This document shows, one piece after another, positions 24,230 through 34,957 of a stretch of DNA of 64,000 bases. Under the pieces are notes generated by a model. The model saw only the letters and a program-made list of their open reading frames with translations, had not been told where the DNA came from and did not search any database. Each line of letters begins with the position of its first letter. The stretch's first letter is position 1. Position numbers and translations under genes: made by a program. The DNA is taken from the NCBI RefSeq assembly GCF_006345805.1, contig NC_043005.1:27714001-27778000 (forward strand). Direction: 5' to 3'. This DNA comes from Octopus sinensis (lineage: Eukaryota).

Positions 24230-24707
24230 TCCTTTTGTTACTGTATTTATTTTGAGATGCTCTGTGTTTCTTTCAATTAATTTTAAATATAACAAAGAAT
24301 TAAGTAAAATAACTTTGTTATCATTCAGCTAGTGTTAGGAACATAAATTGTGACTAAGGTTTGGTGGAAGATTTTAATTCAAAACTTATGAAAACAAGAC
24401 ATTTGTCCTCAGAGCCAGAATCGGTTTCAGCCGGATTGGTAACAAAAGGGTTAAGCTAGTGTTAGGAACATAAGTTGTGACTAAGATTTGGTGGAAGATT
24501 TTAATTCAAAACTTATGAAAACAAGACATTTGTCCTAAGAGCCAGAATCAGTTTCAGCCAGATTGGTAACAAAAGAGTTAAGCTAGTGTTAGGAACATAA
24601 ATTGTGACTAAGGTTTGGTGGAAGATTTTAATTCAAAACTTATGAAAACAAGACATCTGTTCTCAGAGCCAGAACTGGTTTCAGCCGGGTTGGTAATGTA
24701 AGGGTTA
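24230..24707. mobile_element. piggyBac-like MITE with its terminal 127 bp triplicated
   Basis: Opposite-orientation copy of 33980-34197; repeat units start at 24327, 24454 and 24581. Confidence 0.8.
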
Positions 24708-24915
24708 AAACGAAATACTGATGCTGTCATTTGCAAGAAAGAATAAAATTTTTAATTGCAATTTGCTATTTTATGTTTGTAAATTAAAATCAGAACAAGA
24801 GTCATGTAAAAAAGATGAAAAATAGTTTACATTTTTATGTGAACTAGAGAAATAAATGTCAATTAATTGTAATTTATACTGAAAATAAGTATGTTAACCA
24901 CTCCTTGATGCTCAC

Positions 24916-26046
24916 CTGTGAATCGTCAGCTTCCAAGAAGTTTCCATAGATAAAACAGCCTTTACGAGAGGCATGGCCATGTAAGTCAATATAGAAAGCA
25001 ATGCCACTGTGTTGGGGCAATATTCTTCGGAATGCACTGTTATTGAGATGAGCAGAAGAAGGAACATTACTTGGTGGTAATGTTTGATATCTGTCATGGT
25101 CTTCATCAGAACCATCATTTCTTGAGTTTGTTCTTTCTTCATCTGACTTACAATTGCATTCAACAGATTCTGAGTGAATCCTACATGCCTCTGTCTGGGT
25201 TATATCAGAGTTAGCTCCATTTGAAATTCTCAATGATTCTAAATGCATTGTTAATTCAGAATCAATGACTTGTGTCTGCTCTTCAGTTTTTGCTGAGTAT
25301 TCTTTATTTAATGAACCATTCTTGATGCCTTTAGGGTCTGAAGAGTCTTCAGAATCAGATCTGCTGCCACTCGTTTGACTACACTGGTTTATTGATTTTA
25401 CAGCTGGGGAGTTGCAAACGTTTAACTTGTTCTGAGTCATCCTATCGTAAGTGGAGAATGAATGGGGTCTCTTTGGCAAATCACCATCATATAAGTTCCG
25501 GCATTTATAACGAGATGCTAATAGGCATGCTTTATAATTGAGTTCTCGATGAGATAACCCTGATCTAGTTGCATGAAGTGATTGGGTGATTTGGCATAAA
25601 CCAATGTTTGTAATTTCAGGGAACTTAATAATGGAATTGGTATCAATGGTTTTAGTAGTACTTGTATTACTGGTGGTAGAAGGGGTGTCAGTTTGTTTGG
25701 GTAATATATCTGTTGGAGGAAATTTGATGTCTTTGTACATGTCTTTCTTTAGCCGATAGTTGACGTGGTAATAAATAATGATACTTTTGGCAGCATATAT
25801 GGACGGATTGAGTTCAAAGCTAGGGTCCCCGTACACTCTGTTTAAGTTCACCCCACGTGTGTCTGTCCGGTAATGACCATTCATGACACCGTCTGGATTT
25901 AGTATTGGAATCAACTTGAAGACAAACTGCTTTCGTAGTTGAATTGACCGAGGATCATCAAGTCGAAGGATAAAATTTAAGAAACCATTAAATACAAAGC
26001 TGGAAGGAGTTTCACCTGGGTGGACACGACTCGTTACTACAAACAC
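24916..26046 (-). CDS. AGBL5: AGBL5 coding exon 6 (377 codons): catalytic core with zinc ligands HPGE and LHGH, split by a long low-complexity insert
   Basis: Acceptor tcttcag|GTG (the track's 'M' is a GTG Val codon) and donor CAG|GTGAGC; 1131 nt, phase 0 to 0. Confidence 0.97.
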
Positions 26047-26919
26047 CTGAAGAAAAAAATTGATATAATTAATTGTTGTGAAATATAATAGAAAAAAAAA
26101 ACAAAGAATTAAATGGTTATTAGATTAGAAATTAATTAGAATAAACTGTTTTTAAGGGAAACAATGAAACACAAGACAAATGTCCAAATGGATGCACAGT
26201 GGGATTGGGCCAGTGACCCTACAATTACTAAGTGAACTTTTCTTGACCATATGAACCATGCCTATGCAGGAGTTGTAAAATCATATCAGATTACAGGATA
26301 TGCAATAGGTGTCACATTTTCCAGGAAAGTTACCTGTTTACTTGTTAATAATTACAGCGAAGTTCTGAGCCGTGTTCCATGCCAAGGAGACATTTGATTT
26401 GATCAAAGTATTTTATAAAAACAAAAGATCAACAAGTGAGTGTAACAGATTCAGAATTTCACTTGTAAGTGGTACCTGAAGTTTGTACAAGCTAAACAGT
26501 TTGACTGACTGACTTACCTGGCTGTCAGGAAAACACTGATGTATTGAAAATATTAAACGAAGCAAACCCAGACATAATTAAACTGTCAGTAAAGGTGATG
26601 TTAATTAATTTTTCTGACAGCACCATCAGACATTTATGTTGTTTTATCTGGAATGATCTGAAAAGTTTTGTGGTCAGAATTATCATAAAACTAGGTAAAT
26701 TTGTGTCATGACAAGCAGTAAATTCTTAGCAAAACTATCATTCTATTTACGCAACAGCACATCACAGAACTATCTTCTTCATTTATTTATATATTTTTAT
26801 AATAAATATATAAGTATTAACCCTTTAATTACTATTTCTGTTGGAAAATATTTTATTTGTTTCAATTAATTGAGTAAATGATGAAGAATTTAGTAAAATT
26901 ATTATTTATAATTTCTTTC

Positions 26920-27530
26920 TAACTCAGGTTTTGTTGGAACTCCTGGTGTCTTGCAGGCATAGCGAGCTTGCTAACTGCAGCCAATGGTACCATGCTATCC
27001 ATTCTTTTCAGTTATCTAATACTTTCTCGATTATTCTGGCCATGCCAAGGAGGCAAACCGTTTGTATTCCAATTTCCTTTATATTCCCCTTGATGCCTTC
27101 TGATACTGTTCCCAAGGACCCACCAATAATTGGCACTATCTTCACCTTCTTCATTTTCCATCGCTGGGCTATTTCCTACTTAAGAGGGTTGTATTTGTCT
27201 CCTTTTTTCACATTCCTTCTTGAGTATTCGTGGGTCAAAGGGGCATGCAACATCAACTATATAACACATGTGGTACACCTTGTCCACCACAACTTAGTTC
27301 AGTTTGTTATGCTCTAACACCTGATCTGTTTGGATTGGAAACTCCCACAGAATTTTGCAGATCTCCAACTCCACCACTTTCTGTGCTTTGTGCTCATACC
27401 ACATCTTGCCTCTCTCTAGACACTTCTTCTCACACAGTTTTCAATGAGCACTTTCGCTAACTCATCATGTTGCCACAACTTGTAATAGTTTTGGGAATTC
27501 ATTCATGATATGGGCAATGGTTTCGTCCAT
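26920..27530 (-). mobile_element. C-terminal fragment of an RLE-clade (NeSL/HERO-like) non-LTR retrotransposon
   Basis: Frameshifted motifs KMWYEHKAQKVVELEICKILWEFPIQTD, VVVDK...CYIVDVACPFD and KVKIVPIIGGSLGTV...LLGMARIIEKVL, typical of the PD-(D/E)xK restriction-like endonuclease tail. Confidence 0.8.
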
Positions 27531-27769
27531 TCTATTACAGATGTAGCACAGTAGAGAGACTTGCTCATTCTTAAGGTTGACCCTCCAACTCATGGCCAAA
27601 GCTTGGTCTTGTGCTGCTAGTCTAATGCTCTTTTTTCAGGGTTCCTTTCTTCAGCCAACCCCACCTATGTTTTCCAGCAACTTCAGAGTTGTGGCTTCAT
27701 GGAATCGACTGTGTAGTCCCTTGTTCTATAATGCTTCTTCATGTTGTTGTTATTATTGTTATCATTAAG

Positions 27770-28610
27770 GCAGCGAGCTGGCAGAGGCTTTAGCATGCCA
27801 GACAAAATGCTTAGTGGCACTTTTTCCGTCTTTATGTTCTGAATTTGTCTTTCATCCTTTCAGGGTCAATCAAATAAGGACCAGTTGAACATTAGTGTCC
27901 ATATATTCGACTTATCCCCACCTTGAACATGCTGGCCTTGTGCCGAAATTTGAAACCATTATTATCATCATCATCATCGTCGTCATTATTATTATTATTA
28001 AGTCAGGGAGCTGGCAGAAACGTTAGCATGCTGGGCGAAATGCTTAGCGGTATTTCGTCTGCCCTTACATTCTGAGTTCAAATTCCGCTGAGGTCAACTT
28101 TGCCTTTCATCCTTTCGGGGTCGATAAATTAAGTACCAGTTATGCACTGGATCGATGTAATCAACTTAATCCGTTTGTCTGTCCTTGCTTGTCCCCCCTG
28201 TGTTTAGCCCCTTGTGGGAAGTAAAGAAATAGGTATTTCGCCTGAGTTCAAATTCCACCGAGGTCAACTTTGCCTTTCATCCTTTTCGGGTTGATAAAAT
28301 TAGTACCAGTTATGCACTGGGGTCGATGTAGTTGACTAAATCCCTTCCCTCAAAATTTGAGGCCTTGTGCTTCCAGTAGAAAAGATTGTTATTATCAAGA
28401 TGGCAAGCTGGCAGAATTATTAGCATGCTGGATGAAATGCTTACCAGTATTTCACCCGTCATTACATTCTGAGTTCAAATTCTGCTGAGGTCAACTTTGC
28501 CTTTCATCCTTTTGGGGTCAATAAAATAAGTACCAGTTGAATAATATGGGTCGATGTAATCAATTCATCCCCACATTCCTCAAGCTGCTCTTCTGGCAAA
28601 AACTTAAAAT
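27770..28610 (+). mobile_element. Tandem array of about four family A SINEs
   Basis: Same family A motifs repeated head-to-tail, separated by (ATT/ATC)n. Confidence 0.8.
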
Positions 28611-28648
28611 ACTTATTATTATTACTACCATGCTAGCACATTAAATGA

Positions 28649-28698
<50 letters not shown>

Positions 28699-28930
28699 CC
28701 CCCTTCCTTTTGACCAGGCTCCCGTGGCTTTTATGGGTTTTTCCACGAGTAACCTTTCGAAGCGCCTCCCCCTATTGGGAGTTTTAATTGTTACTTATTT
28801 TTCCTTTATCATCCTGCTTTTGTACTCAGACATTTTCAAACGGACAAAACCCTTTGTAACTTTCGTCCTGTGTTTCGTCCCTTTATGTTTTAATGATTTT
28901 CGTTAGCCCTTGTGGCCAATAAACGAACGA

Positions 28931-28969
<39 letters not shown>

Positions 28970-30224
28970 ATTATTATTAATAATAATAATAATAATAATA
29001 ATATGATGAAGATAGTAACATAGGTCAACATGAAGTTTTGAAGGAAGATTTTAATTTAGATGACTTTAAAACAAGTTTGAATCCTGGAACCAGGGGGTGG
29101 AAACAAAGGTGGTCTTAGGCAGATTGGTATCAAAAAGGTTTAAATATTCTACAACAATGAACACTGCCATATCATCAAAGATTACAAACTTTATAATTTA
29201 TTTAAATAACTTTGAAAAACACTTGTGTCAATTTTCCAAAATAAATGTTCTCCATGAAAGATTAGAACTCCTGCTGTCTTCCTCCCCACAGCACACAACC
29301 ATGTCAGGTTTAGCTCCTGCCCACAAAATTTCAGGTTGTGTGCCTAGAGTAGAAAGTATTATTAACATTTGTTTACTGCTGCACTATATCACCACTTCCC
29401 TTAAATCATCATCATCCAGTGTTTTAAATTCAGATTTTGTCCCCATTAACGGGGGGGGGGAGGCTGGATCTACCTCAATGCCTCAGCAACCAAAGTGGGC
29501 AGGTGCAGCCCACCCCAACCTTTGGGGTGGCTGGTGCCCATTGCTTTTGCTATCATGAAGCTTTTTTTGGAGCTGGATTATCTACGGGGAGCATGCCCTT
29601 GCTTACCCCCAACCTCAGTTTCTAGACATGAGTGGTCCCAAGACCAAGGCCTCTACCATGATTTTTAAGAAATGTGGTGGAAAACCAGCTCAGGAAGGCA
29701 GGGACACTACACCCTGAGACCCCTTTCAGAGACCCCCCCTCCCTACACTCAAACCAATTTACCCCTTTACTTATCAACACAGACATGGAACAGCAGAATC
29801 TACTAATTTACAGTGGGAGGAAGTATAATTGATGTATCATCATTGACTAATCAATATTCTAATAGTTTACAGTGGGAGGAAGTATAATTAATGTATTAAC
29901 CGACCCTAATCCTTTTTCCCCCTCTCCCTACTTCAGTGGAATCCTGCAAAAACACCACACAGCGAATGACGTTATTGGATTTCTTACTAATGACATACAT
30001 AACATTTCTTGTGTCCACATAAATGAGAAGCTAAGCAAACAGCTGTGATATAACAGGATAGCAGTAGCCATTTAGATCTATTGTGTATAGTGCTCAGGTG
30101 CACTACAACTCATCAAAGGTGCATGTACAGTACATAGAATTATGTACAAACGTCAGGAAAGGGAACAGTGTATGAGTCATGATATACATGTGTGTATGCG
30201 TATGGAGATGGAGATATCAGGTGT

Positions 30225-30590
30225 AGTACAGTTCTATATTTAAGAGATGAGGAATTATGCACATTATTTACATTATTTACATTTGATGGATATTTGTCCT
30301 CCTCTTGTTTCTTGTTAACTTTACGTTTCAGCTGATATATCCTCCAGCCTTCATCAGGTGTCTTGGAGAAATTTCGAACCTGGGTTCTCATGTTGTTGTT
30401 ATTATTATTATTATTATTATCATTATTCAGGTCACTGCCTGGAATCGAACTCAAAATCTTGGGGTTAGTAGCCCATGCTCTTAACCACTATGCCATATAC
30501 CATTGGCATATGACATAGTGATTAAAAGCGAGGGCTACTAATCCCAGGATTCCAAGTTCAATTCCAAGCAGTGACCTGAATAATAATAAT
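30225..30590 (-). mobile_element. tRNA-head SINE-like element carrying a hammerhead motif (family D), with an inverted duplication of the head
   Basis: A-box-like GGCATAGTGGTTAAG and B-box-like GTTCGATTCC, an (AAT/AAC)n spacer, and GACAC-CTGATGA-AGGCTG...CAGCT-GAAACGTA at 30316-30362. Homologous to ~54495-54770, ~56040-56380 and ~59665-59915. Confidence 0.8.
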
Positions 30591-31829
30591 AATCATCATC
30601 ATCGTTTAGTGTCCGCTTTCCATGCTAGCATGGCTTGAACGGTTCGATTACGTGCCACCGAATAATAATAATAATAAATAAATAGTAATAATAATAATAA
30701 TAATAAAATTTTTTTTTTTTTAAATGCCCTGATGCAGTACCAGGCAGTGGCTCTTGATCATAACTGATTGGAAGTGTTATCATGTACATTGTTTTGTATT
30801 GGTATAAAAGATGGGCTACAGCAAATATTCTGCTCAATGAACTTATGAAAACAAGATATTTGTAATACAGAGGTAGTTTTAGCCAGGTTGGTATCAAAAG
30901 GGTTAAGCTAGTGTTAGGAACATAAATTGTGACTAAGGTTTGGTGGAAGATTTTAATTCAGAACATATGAAAACAAGACATTTGTACTCAGTGCCAGAAC
31001 TAGTTTCAGCTGGGTTGGTATCAAAAGGGTTAATAATGGCAAAGTCATTTTATTAAATTCTTCATTGTTTTTAAAATAAATTGAAACAAAGTCAGTGTAT
31101 TTCAACAGAGATATGGTGATGAATGGGTTAACAAAATACGGCAAGGCTTTCCTTCTATACTGATTCTTCCATCATAACAGCAACAATTTTTTTCTAATAT
31201 AGGTGCAAGGAAACTAATTTTGGAAATAACAAAGAATTTAGTAAAATAATTTTGTTCTTGAAGCTGGTCTTTGGAACATAAATTGACATGAAATTTTGAA
31301 GGAAGGTTTTTAATTCAATACTTTAAAACAGTTTACATCATAGAACTAGGGATATTTTTGAGCAGGTTGGCCTCAAAAGAGTTAAAACTGATCCCAGTAT
31401 ACAGACTGGTGGTACATATTTTATCAGTCCTTTGAATGCAACTGGTAAGCATTTCATCAACGTCTGATGGATGTAAAATAAAGCTGACCTCAGTGGTATT
31501 TGAACTTGAAAAGAATGGAAAGAAATGCGTCTAAGCATCTTGTCCAAGGCACAAACAATTCAGCAGCCTCATCTTGAGAATGATGATGATGATGATCATG
31601 ATAGTGGTGATGATAGTGGTAGTGGTAGTAGTGGTGGTGATGATGACAATGATGATTTCTATAATTAGCCACAAGGGCATCAGATGAGGAGGACAAGGAC
31701 AGTTTACAATTTGTGTGAGGATTTACATAAAAGATGAGGGGAAGAAAGAGAGAAGAGGGTGAAATAGGACAAAATTACACATAGTATACAGAACCTGTGA
31801 GCACATCTATGATACAGTCCACCTGATAC

Positions 31830-32320
31830 AGGAAAACCTCCAACTAAGGCCAATCAAGAGACCAAGCCCTCATTCAACTGTTGTTCTCCAATCTACAAGA
31901 GCATGCTTAGAGTAGGTTCATTCACCATCTCCATTTCTACCACAGCCACCCACCGCTTGACAACTTTACTAGAAGAAAGCACTTCCCTCTCCACCTTCAC
32001 TTTCCTTTCCAAATGGAACTTTAAAAAACTGATGAGGGCTTAACTGAAGAGGAAGGTGTCTTTCTTCAATGCTTTCAGCCTCATACGTTACACATCTTTG
32101 ACCATAGCCACTAGATAGAGGCACACTACCTGCTCTGCCTTGTTGATGGAAGGTAGAGGGATGATCCCCATGATGGACTTGGCCGATACTTAGATTTGTC
32201 CCACATGCAATAGCAGCTGCTCAACAGAACTCCACAAGTTAGCAACACTTGGACAATGCACAAGTGTGTGCAATGTGTGCAGATTGCCTGCAAACGTCTC
32301 AGGCAATCCTATCTGGCAGC
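31830..32320 (-). mobile_element. L1/Tx1-like LINE ORF2 3' fragment
   Basis: Decayed ...ALISFLKFHLERKVKVEREVLSSSKVVKRWVAVVEM... C-terminus and Cys/His remnants. Confidence 0.55.
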
Positions 32321-32362
32321 CCTTCCATGCCAACAATAACAACAACAATAACAAATGCTTAC

Positions 32363-32543
32363 CTTTTTCTCTTTAAATTTCTTGCACCTTGGCTGGTTTT
32401 TAATGGGGAAAAGTTTTGGATCAAAGTGAGGTTCCTCCTCATCAATGATGTTATGGAATGATGAAACTGTTATTAGACTGACCTCCAACTTCTCCAGGGA
32501 GTAACACAGCAGCTCTCGGTAGAAGTAAACAGTATCTTCTGCA
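32363..32543 (-). CDS. AGBL5: AGBL5 coding exon 5: (I)AEDTVYFYRELLCYSLEKLEVSLITVSS...PRCKKFKEKK
   Basis: Acceptor tcttgtctcag and donor AAG|GTAAGC; 181 nt, phase 2 to 0; YxRELLCYSL motif. Confidence 0.95.
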
Positions 32544-33979
32544 CTGAGACAAGAAACAAAGAACAAAGATAAATCGCAATCTATCCAAATACTTATAAAA
32601 TATACATCACAATACCAACAAGGACAAGTACAAAACAATCATGACAAAGGATAGCCACCATTTTGAATTTTTAGCTGAGCTCCACAGGTGAGTAAAGGTA
32701 TGTGTGAGGTGGGGGGGTGTCTGTTGAAGTGCCATTCGTTCATTGTTGTTGTTGTTGTTGTTAGCATTATTGAATCACTGAAAACTGAGTCTTTGAATTT
32801 ACTGGAGTCACATACCTAGCATTAATGTCTGCTAATTCCCCTCCAGGGCCATCCTTTAACTGTAATATGGCCTTATTGGGTAAAACAGATTAATGTTTTT
32901 ATGGTTACAATATAAAGAAGATTTTGGCAGTGAGAAGAATCAACAGACCACCCATTTACATAATTCCTCCACCAACCACAAAGGTTTGTAAATCTCTGGA
33001 CTGGTTTGGGGATGGTGGAGGAATTGTTTTAGTCCAAGAGAGATAAGGCAATGCCTCCAGACTCTGCCTTGCCTTCACACTGGGGAGTTCAATGTAGCTG
33101 ATGTTCATTTCAAAATCTTAAACTCATCTAGGATGATGTTTGCAGGGTGGATGTGTTCTGTACAGGATTTCCAGAGGGTTGCAGTTGTGGGGAGACAGGA
33201 TTGTGTGAAATGATTAGCATGAAAAGTGGCAGGTGAGACGCAATAATTTTGAGAAGATAGGTGGTGTGTTGGCAGACCTGGAAAACGTTGAAACACAACT
33301 TGATATAAACCACAGAGGATCAGGAAGCATTGTAATGGTTTCAGGAGCAACAGAAAGAAGATACAGAATGTCAGTGGCGTGCTGGTTGAGGGAAAGTATA
33401 AAAACACTTCAATAAGGTTAGAGTTCACAGCATGTTGGTGGGTAAGAATACAGGAAAAGGACACAGTGTGTTGCTGGACAGGAATACAAAGATAAGACAA
33501 CAACAATTATGTTGGTGAACAGTGAAACACAGAGAGGATACAGAATGTTGGTAGGTGAGGATAGAGAGAGAGGATACAGCACATAAATAGGGTAGTGATA
33601 CAGAGAGGATATAATAAGTTAGTGGGGAGGAATATGGAGAAAAGGAACAGCATATTTGTGTGTATGTATTGTGTACTACCATTCATCTAACATGCTCTCT
33701 CCAGACTATGAGAACTATGGAACTACTACCTATTTCTTTACTACCCACAAGGGGCTAAACACAGAGAAGACAAACAAGTCGATTACATCAACCCCAGTGC
33801 TTAACTGGTACTTAATTTATCGACCCCGAAAGGATGAAAGGCAAAGTCGACCTCGGCGGAATTTGAACTCAGAACGTAACAGCTGACGAAATACGGCTAT
33901 GCATTTCGCCCAGCGTGCTAACGTTTCTACCAGCTCGCCGCTGGTACCACTGCTGCAGGTACCATCATCACTGTTTTAA

Positions 33980-34197
33980 CCCTTTCATTACTAACTTGGC
34001 TGAAACCGGTTCTGGCTCTTAGTACAAATGTTTTGTTGTCATAAGTTTTGAATTAAAATCTTCCACCAAACCTTAGTTACAATTTGTTCCTAACACTAGC
34101 TGAATGATAACTCAGTTATTTTACTAAATTCTTTGTTGTATTTACAGTAATTGAAAGAAACACAGAGCATCTCAAAATAAATACAGTAACGAAAGGG
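33980..34197. mobile_element. piggyBac-like MITE (TTAA TSD, CCCTTT...AAAGGG ends)
   Basis: TTAA|CCCTTTCATTACT...AGTAACGAAAGGG|TTAA. Related copies at ~24230, ~29000-29140, ~30840, ~31200-31390, ~43240-43475 and ~44000-44146. Confidence 0.75.
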
Positions 34198-34784
34198 TTA
34201 ATATCTACTTTCCCATGCTTGCATGGATTAGATGAGATTATGTTGGGGAGAATTTCAGTCCCTATTTCCCACCTTTTTTCCAATCAAGGAAATAATCTCA
34301 CAGTTTATTAAACAATAAACAACTCAGATATATTTACAAAGAGAATTGGAAAGAAACAACACTATCTGAATGAGTCTTTAGTTTTCAAAGATCACACGAT
34401 AAATGTCAAGAAACGCAGACATGCTTCTCATGTTGGGCTGTAAGCAAACAACACCATCAGTAAAGCCATTGTTTACAATCAATGAGCAGGTATACAAATT
34501 TCCTCTCTCTCACACACACACATGCACGCACGCGTGCAGACGGGCTTCTTCCAGTTTCTGTCTACCAAATCCACTCACGAGTCAGCTGGAACTATCAAAG
34601 AAAATGTCTGCCTAAGGTACTGTGGAGTAGGACTGAACTGAATATCATATGGTTGGGAAGTGACCTTGTTAGCTACACAGCCATGCCTGCACCTAATTAC
34701 AGTGTTTTAAATATCAAGACATAATTTGTACCAAAAAAAAAAGACAAAAAAAAGGTTAAAAAGCAATATAATGAAATAACTTAC

Positions 34785-34957
34785 ATGTTTTCCACAGAAG
34801 ATATATTTTTACAGTAACTATATCTCTCCTCCAACTCATTGATGTTGTTCTGACATTCAATGTAGGAATGTGGGTAAGCAAAAGCAAAGTATGTTGTAGC
34901 ACCTTTGATTTCAGTGAACCGATAACAGAATGACAGAATAAATTGGCCATCAATAGT
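34785..34957 (-). CDS. AGBL5: AGBL5 coding exon 4: TIDGQFILSFCYRFTEIKGATTYFAFAYPHSYIECQNNINELEERYSYCKNISSVEN
   Basis: Read by hand. Acceptor ttcttcttcgtag and donor AT|GTAAGT; 173 nt, phase 0 to 2; FAFAYPHSY motif. Confidence 0.95.

Noticed and set aside
24016-24255. 79-aa + strand ORF with protein-like composition (MLERDICFVVPSDY...)
   Set aside because: No recognisable motif or splice context, it ends inside a MITE, and ORFs this short arise by chance.
24327-24707. Regular 127-bp repeats as a CRISPR or satellite array
   Set aside because: The units are contiguous with no unique spacers and derive from a MITE end.
28840-28930. GACGAAAC repeats resembling a hammerhead half (minus strand)
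   Set aside because: No CUGANGA with a pairing stem II; more likely a LINE 3'UTR.
29807-29896. 31-bp direct repeat (30/31), period 59 bp
   Set aside because: Only two copies, consistent with ordinary local slippage duplication; not CRISPR-like in a eukaryotic intron.
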